Assembly (NCBI GenBank): GCA_964016885.1
Contig: OZ024740.1
Span: 279,310,001-279,374,000 of the forward strand
DNA from: Eledone cirrhosa
Taxonomy: Eukaryota
Reading direction: 5' to 3'
DNA length: 64,000 bases
Positions 56,585 through 64,000 of this stretch are shown piece by piece. The stretch's first letter is position 1; each line of letters starts with the position of its first letter. Made by a program: the position numbers and the translations under genes. Below the pieces are notes generated by a model. The model worked only from the letters and a program-made list of their open reading frames with translations. It ran no database searches and was not told the DNA's origin.

Positions 56585-59500
56585 CGTAAGTCGAAACACT
56601 CGTAAGCCGAAACACTCGTGAGCCGAAACACTCGTAAGTCGGAACACTCGTAAGTCAGAACGCTCGTAAGTCAGAACACTCGTAAGTCAGAACACTCGTA
56701 AGTCAGAACACTCGTAAGTTAGAACACTCGTAAGTCAGAACACTCGTAAGTCGAAACACTCGTATCGAAACACTCGTATGTCAAAACACCAGTAAGTCAA
56801 AACACTCGTAAGTCGAAACACTCGTAAGTCGAAACACTCGTAAGTCGAAACACTCGTAAGCCGAAACACTCGTAAGCCGAAACACTCGTAAGTCGGAACA
56901 CTCGTAAGTCTGAACACTCGTATGTCGAAACATCCGTAAATCAGAACACTCGTAAGTCAAAACACTCGTAAGTCGAAACACTCGTAATCCAAAAATACTC
57001 GTAAGTCGAAACACCCTTAAGTCAAAACACTCGTAAGCCGAAACACCCGTAAGTCAAAACACCCGTAAGTCGAAACACTCGTAAGTCGAAACACTTGTAC
57101 GCCGAAACACTCGTAAGTAAAAACATTAGTAAATCGAAACACTCGTAAGCCGAAAGACTCGTAAGTCGAAACACTCGTAAGCCGAAACACCCGTAAGTCA
57201 AAACATTCGTAAGTCAAAACACTCGTAAGTCGAAACACTCGTAAGTCGAAACACTCGTAAGTCAAAACTCTCGTACGCCGAAACACTCGTAAGTAAAAAC
57301 ATTAGTAAGTCGAAACACTCGTAAGCCGAAACACTCGTAAGTAGAAACACTCGTAAGCCGAAACACCCGTAAGTCAAAACATTCGTAAGTCAAAACACTC
57401 GTAAGTCGAAACACCCGTAAGTCAAAACACTCGTATGTCGAAACACTCGTAAGCCGAAACACCGTAAGTAAAAACACTCGTAAGTCGAAACACCCATAAG
57501 GCGAAACACTCGTAAGCCGAAACACTCGTAAGTCGAAACACTCATAAGCCGAAACACTCGTAAGTCGGAACACTCGTAAATCAGAACACCCGCAAGTCAG
57601 AACACTCGTAAATCAGAACACTCTTAAGTCGAAACTCACGTAAGCCGAAACACTCGTAAGTCGAAACACTCGTAAATCGAAACATCCTTAAGTCGAAACA
57701 CTCGTAAGTAAAAACATTAGTAACTCGAAACACTCGTAAGCCGAAACACTCGTAAGTCGAAACACCCGTAAGTCGAAACACCCGTAAGTCAAAACACTCG
57801 TGTGTCGAAACACTCGTAAACCTAAACACTCGTAAGTCGGAACACTCGTAAGTCAGAACACTCGTAAGTCAGAACACTCGTAAGTCGAAACACTCATAAG
57901 TCGAAACACTCGTAAGTCGAAACACCCGTAAGTCGAAACACCCGTAAGTCGAAACACTCGTATGTCGAATAACTCGTAAGCCGAAACACCGTAAGTCAAA
58001 ACACTCGTAAGTCGAAACACTCGTAAGTCGAAACACCCGTGAGCCGAAACACTCGTAAGCCAAAACATTCGTAAGTCGAAACACTCGTAAGCCGAAACAC
58101 TGTAAGCCAAAACATTCGTAAGTCGAAACACTCGTAAGTCGAAACACCCATAGCCGAAACACTCGTAAGTCGGAACACACGTAAGTCAGAACACTCGTAA
58201 GTCAGAACACTCGTAAGTCCGAGCATTCGTATCGAAACACTCGTATGTCAAAACACCCATAAGTCAAAACACTCGTAAGTCGAAATACTCGTAAGTCGAA
58301 ACACTCGTAAGCCGAAACAATCGTAATTCAAAACACTCGTAAGTCGAAACACTCGTAAGCCAAAAATACTCGTACGTCGAAACACCCGTAAGCCGAAACA
58401 CTCGTAAGTCGGAACACTCGTAAGTCGAAACACCCGTAAGTCGAAACGCCCGTAAGTCGAAACACTCATAAGCCGAAACACTCGTAAGTCGGAACACTCG
58501 TAAGTCAGAACACCCGTAAGTCAGAACACTCGTAGTCAGAACACTCGTAAGTCAAAACACTCGTAAGCCGAAACACTCGTAAGCCGAAACACTCGTAAGC
58601 CGAAACACTCGTAAGTCGGAACACTCGTAAGTCGGAACACTCATAAGTCAGAACACTCGTAAGTCAGAACACTCGTATGTCAAATCACTCGTAAGTCGAA
58701 ACATTCGTAAGCCGAAACACCCGTAAGTCGAAACACTCGTACACCGAAACACTCGTAAGTAAAAACATTAGTAAGTCGAAACACTCGTAAGCCGAAACAC
58801 TCGTAAGCGGAAACACTCGTAAGTCAGAACACTCGTATCGAAACACTCGTATGTCAAAACACCCGTAAGTCAAAACACTCGTAAGTCGAAACACTCATAA
58901 GCCGAAACACTCGTAAGCCGAAACACTCGTAAGCAAAAACATTCGTAAGTCGAAACACCCGTAAGCCGAAACACTCGTAAGTCGAAGCACTCGTAAGTCG
59001 AAACACTCATAAGCCGAAACACTCGTAAGTCGGAACACTCGTAAGTCAGAACACCCGTAAGTCAGAACACTCGTAGTCAGAACACTCGTAAGTCGAAACA
59101 CTCGTAAGCCGAAACAATCGTAAGTCAAAACATTCGTAAGTCAAAACACTCGTAAGCCGAAACACTCGTAAGTCGAAACACTCGTAAGTCGAAACACTCG
59201 TAAGTCGAAACACGCGTAAGTCGAAGCACCCGTAAGTCAAAACACATCGTAAATCAAAACACTCGTAAGCCGAAATACTCGTATGTCGAAACACTCGTAA
59301 GTCGAAACACTCGTAAGCCGAAACACTCGTATCGAAACACTCGTATGTCAAAACACCCGTAAGTCAAAACACTCGTAATTCGAAACACTCGTAAGTCGAA
59401 ACACTCGTATGTCGAAACATCCGTAAATCAGAACACTCGTAAGTCGAAACACTCGTAAGTCGAAACACTCGTAAGTCGAAACACTCGTAAGCCGAAACAC

Positions 59501-60846
59501 TCGTAATTCGAAACACTCGTATCGAAACACTCGTAAGTCGAAACACCCTTAAGTCAAAACACTCGTAAGCCGAAACACTCGTAAGTCGAAACACCGTAAG
59601 CCAAAACACTCGTAAGTCGAAACACCCGTAAGTGGGAACACTCGTAAGTCGAAACACTCGTAAGCCGAAACACTCGTAAGCCGAGACACTCGTAAGTCGG
59701 AACACTCGTAAGTCAGTCGAAACACTCGTAGTCGAAACACCCGTAAGTCGAAACATCCGTAAGTCAAAACACTCGTATGTCGAAACACTCGTAAGCCGAA
59801 ACACTCGTAAGTCGGAACACTCGCAAGTCAGAACACTCGTAAGTCGAAACACTCGTAAGTCGAAACACCCGTAAGTCGAAACGCCCGTAAGTCAAAACAC
59901 TCGTATGTCGAAACACTCGCAAGCCGAAAAACCGTAAGTCAAAACACCCGTAAGTCGAAACACTCGTAAGTCGAAACACTCGTACGCCGAAACACTCGTA
60001 AATAAAAACATTAGTAAGTCGAAACACTCGTAAGCCGAAAGACTCGTAAGTCGAAACTCTCGTACGCCGAAACACTCGTAAGTAAAAACATTAGTAAGTC
60101 GAAACACTCGTAAGCCGAAACACTCGTAAGTCGAAACACTCGTAAGCCGAAACACCCGCAAGTCAAAGCATTCGTAAGTCAAAACACTCGTAAGTCGAAA
60201 CACCCGTAAGTCAAATCACTCGTATGTCGAAACACTCGTAAGCCGAAACACCGTAACTAAAAACACTCGTAAGTCGAAACACCCATAAGTCGAAACACTC
60301 GTAAGCCGAAACACTCGTAAGTCGAAACACTCATAAGCCGAAACACCCGTAAGTCGGAACACTCGTAAATCAGAACACCCGCAAGTCAGAACACTCGTAA
60401 ATCAGAACACTCTTAAGTCGAAACTCACGTAAGCCGAAACACTCGTAAGTCGAAACACTCGTACACCGAAACACTCGTAAGTAAAAACATTAGTAAGTCG
60501 AAACACTCGTAAGCCGAAACACTCGTAAGTCGAAACACCCGTAAGTCTAAACACCCGTAAGTCAAAACACCCGTAAGTCGAAATACTCGTAAGTCGAAAC
60601 ACTCGTACGCCGAAACACTCGTAAGTAAAAACATTAGTAAGTCGAAACACTCGTAAGCCGAAAGACTCGTAAGTCGAAACACTCGTAAGCCGAAACACCC
60701 GTAAGTCAAAACATTCGTAAGTCAAAACACTCGTAAGTCGAAACACTCGTAAGTAGAAACACTCGTAAGTCAAAACTCTCGTACGCCGAAACACTCGTAA
60801 GTAAAAACATTAGTAAGTCGAAACACTCGTAAGTCGAAACACTCGT

Positions 60847-60926
60847 AAAGCGAAACGTATAAATAAAGATTAATGTAATGAATTTGAAAAGCATAGAGAT
60901 TTGAAACCGCGTCTATTTGTTATTTT
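60847..60926 (+). repeat. 80-bp AT-rich island, copy 18 (atypical upstream flank)
   Basis: Consensus island, but lacks the upstream CACGCGTA/CACATGTA monomers that precede other copies. Confidence 0.95.
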
Positions 60927-63900
60927 CGTAAGTCGAAACACTCGTAAGCCGAAACACTCGTGAGCCGAAACACTCGTAAAGTCGGAACACTCGTAAGTCA
61001 GAACACTCGTAAGTCAGAACACTCGTAAGTCAGAACACTCGTAAGTCAGAACACTCGTATCGAAACACTCGTATGTCAAAACACGCGTAAGTCAAAACAC
61101 TCGTAACTCGAAACACTCGTAAGCCGAAACACCGTAAGCCAAAACACTCGTAAGTCGAAACACCCGTAAGTCGGAACACTCGTAAGTCGAAACACTCGTA
61201 AGTCGAAACACTCGTAAGCCGAAACACTCGTAAGCCGAAACACTCGTAAGTCGGAACACTCGTAAGTCGGAACACTCGTAAGTAAGAACACTTGTAAGTC
61301 AGCACACTCGTAAGTCAGAACACTCGTAAGTCAGAACACTCGTAAGTCGAAACACTCGTATCGAAACACTCGTAAGTCGAAACACTCGTACGCCGAAACA
61401 CTCGTAAGTAAAAACATTAGTAAGTCGAAACACTCGCAAGCCGAAACACTCGTAAGTCGAAACACGCGTAAGCCGAAACACCCGTAAGTCAAAACATTCG
61501 TAAGTCGAAACACTCGTAAGCCGAAACACCGTAAGTCAAAACACTCGTAAGTCGAAACACTCGTAAGTCGAAACACTCGTAAGTCGAAACACTCGTAAGC
61601 CGAAACACTCGTAAGCCGAAACACTCGTAAGACGGAACACTCGTAAGTCTGAACACTCGTATGTCGAAACATCCGTAAATCAGAACACTCGTAAGCCGAA
61701 ACACTCGTAAGTCAAAACATTCGTAAGCCGAAACACCCGTAAGTCAAAACACACGTAAGTCGAAACACTCGTAAGTCGAAACACTCGTACGCCGAAACAC
61801 TCGTAAGTAAAAACATTAGTAAGTCGAAACACTCGTAAGCCGAAAGACTCGTAAGTCGAAACACTCGTAAGCCGAAACACCCGTAAGTCAAAACATTCGT
61901 AAGTCAAAATACTCGTAAGTCAAAACTCTCGTACGCCGAAACACTCGTCAGTAAAAACATTAGTAAGTCGAAACACTCGTAAGCCGAAACACTCGTAAGT
62001 CGAAACACTCGTAAGCCGAAACACCCGTAAGTCAAAACATTCGTAAGTCAAAACACTCGTAAGTCGAAACACCCGTAAGTCAAAACACTCGTATGTCGAA
62101 ACACTCGTAAGTCGAAACACCGTAAGTAAAAACACTCGTAAGTCGAAACACCCATAAGGCGAAACACTCTTAAGCCGAAACACTCGTAAGTCGAAACACT
62201 CATAAGCCGAAACACTCGTAAGTCGAAACAGTCGTAAGTCGGAACACTCGTAAGTCAGAACACTCGTAAGTAAGAACACTCGTAACTCAAAACACTCGTA
62301 AGTCGAAACACCCGTAAGTCGAAACGCCCGTAAGCCAAAACACTCATAAGCCGAAACACTCGTAAGTCGGAACACTCGTAAGTCGAAACACCCATAGCCG
62401 AAACACTCGTAAGTCAAAACACTCGTAAGTCGAAACACCCGCAAGTCGAAACACCCATAAGTCAAAACACTCGTATGTCGAAACACTCGTAAACCGAAAC
62501 ACTCGTAAGTCGGAACACTCGTAAGTCAGAACACTCGTAAGTCAGAACACTCGTAAGTCGAAACACTCATAAGTCGAAACACCCGTAAGCCGAAACACTC
62601 GTAAGCCAAAACATTCGTAAGTCGAAACACTCGTATGCCGAAACACTCGTAAGTCGAAACACTCGTAAGTCGAAACACCCGTAAGTCGAAACACCCGTAA
62701 GTCAAAACACTCGTATGTCGAAACACTCGTAAACCGAAACACTCGTAAGTCGGAACACTCGTAAGTCAGAACACTCATAAGTCAGAACACTCGTAAGTCG
62801 AAACACTCATAAGTCGAAACACTCGTAAGTCGAAACACCCGTAAGTCGAAACACCCGTAAGTCGAAACACTCGTATGTCGAATAACTCGTAAGCCGAAAC
62901 ACCGTAAGTCGAAATACTCGTAAGTCGAAAAACTCGTAAGTCGAAACACCCGTAAGCCGAAACACTCGTAAGCCAAAACATTCGTAAGTCGAAACACTCG
63001 TAAGCCGAAACACTCGTAAGCCAAAACATTCGTAAGTCGAAACACTCGTAAGTCGAAACACCCATAGCCGAAACACTCGTAAGTCGGAACACACGTAAGT
63101 CAGAACACCCGTAAGTCAGAACACTCGTAAGTCAGAACACTCGTAAGTCAGAGCACTCGTATCGAAACACTCCTATTTCAAAACACCCGTAAGTCAAAAC
63201 ACTCGTAAGTCGAAACACTCGTAAGCCGAAACACCGTAAGTAAAAAAACTCGTAAGTCGAAATACTCGTAAGCCGAAACACTCGTAAGCCGAAACAATCG
63301 TAATTCAAAACACTCGTAAGTCGAAACACTCGTAAGCCAAAAATACTCGTACGTCGAAACACCCGTAAGTCGAAACACTCGTAAGTCGAAACACTCGTAA
63401 GTCGAAACACTCGTAAGTCGAAACACTCTTAAGTCAGAGCACCCGTAAGTCAGATCACTCGTAAGTCGAAACACTCGTAAGTCGAAATACCCGTAAGTCG
63501 AAACATCCGTAAGTCAAAACACTCGTATGTCGAAATACTCGTAAGCCGAAACACTCGTAAGACGGAACACTCGCAAGTCAGAACACTCGTAAGTCAGAAC
63601 ACTCGTAAGTCGAAACACTCGTATCGAAACACTCGTATGTCAAAACACCCGTAAGTCAAAACACTCGTAAGTCGAAACACTCGTAAGTCGAAACACTCGT
63701 ATGTCGAAACATCCGTAAATCAGAACACTCGTAAGTCAGAACACTCGTAAGTCGAAACACTCGTAAGTCGAAACACTTGTAAGTCGAAACACCCTTAAGT
63801 CAAAACACCCGTAAGTCGAAACACTCGTAAGTCGAAACACTCGTACGCCGAAAAACTCGTAAGTAAAAACATTAGTAAGTCGAAACACTCGCAAGCCGAA

Positions 63901-64000
63901 ACACTCGTAAGTCGAAACACTCGTAAGCCGAAACACCCGTAAGTCAAAACATTCGTAAGTCAAAACACTCGTAATTCGAAACACTCGTAAGTCAAAACAC

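Larger units (their letters stand above)
53300..58890 (+). repeat. Higher-order duplication of about 3.06-3.09 kb, about 1.8 copies (boundaries approximate)
   Basis: Islands 53444/56505 (3061); ORF twins 54168/57262, 54487/57581, 54759/57853 (3094). Confidence 0.8.
1..64000 (+). repeat. Tandem satellite array, 16-bp monomer AAACACTCGTAAGTCG, about 3,900 head-to-tail copies; runs off both window ends
   Basis: The 16-bp period is visible throughout. Common variants are AAGCCG, GTCAAAAC, GTCAGAAC, GTCGGAAC, ACACCCGT, ACATTCGT and CTCATAAG, plus 14- and 15-bp deletion monomers. Confidence 0.99.

Noticed and set aside
4741-60926. CRISPR-like reading (island contains GT...TTTGAAA(C), reminiscent of CRISPR repeat ends)
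   Set aside because: There are no unique 25-45 bp spacers, the intervening DNA is kilobases of satellite, and no cas genes or leader are present.
30-63984. Hundreds of minus-strand ORFs (YECFDLRVFRLTSVST repeats)
   Set aside because: They are translations of the 16-bp satellite, overlap in all frames, mostly use alternative starts, and are broken by frequent stops and 1-2 bp indels with no sign of codon-level constraint.
1-64000. Telomerase-type telomeric repeat
   Set aside because: The consensus has no G-run on either strand, and the kb-scale higher-order duplications and embedded islands fit recombination-maintained satellite DNA. A subtelomeric location cannot be excluded.
1-64000. Purely synthetic or error-generated repeat
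   Set aside because: Private variants are inherited hierarchically across duplicated blocks, as expected of an evolved array. Local assembly errors in copy number remain possible.

Overview
The whole 64 kb window is one tandem satellite array of a 16-bp monomer (consensus AAACACTCGTAAGTCG, 44% GC, roughly 3,900 copies). All copies face the same way and I saw no inversion. No credible protein-coding or RNA gene is present: the minus-strand ORFs are translations of the stop-free reverse complement of the monomer. The only non-monomer sequence I found is a near-invariant ~80-bp AT-rich island (about 26% GC) present in 18 copies, spaced 1.6-8.8 kb apart. It carries an overlapping TATAAATA/AATAAA, two ATTTGAAA repeats and a U/GU-rich tail. 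Monomer variants form a readable code that reveals nested higher-order repeats (about 6.3 kb, 4331 bp, 3.1 kb, 1115 bp, 780 bp and smaller), with a more diverged layer in the last ~5 kb. The architecture resembles eukaryotic centromeric or heterochromatic satellite DNA, but organism and function cannot be determined from the sequence alone. All coordinates and counts were read by eye.
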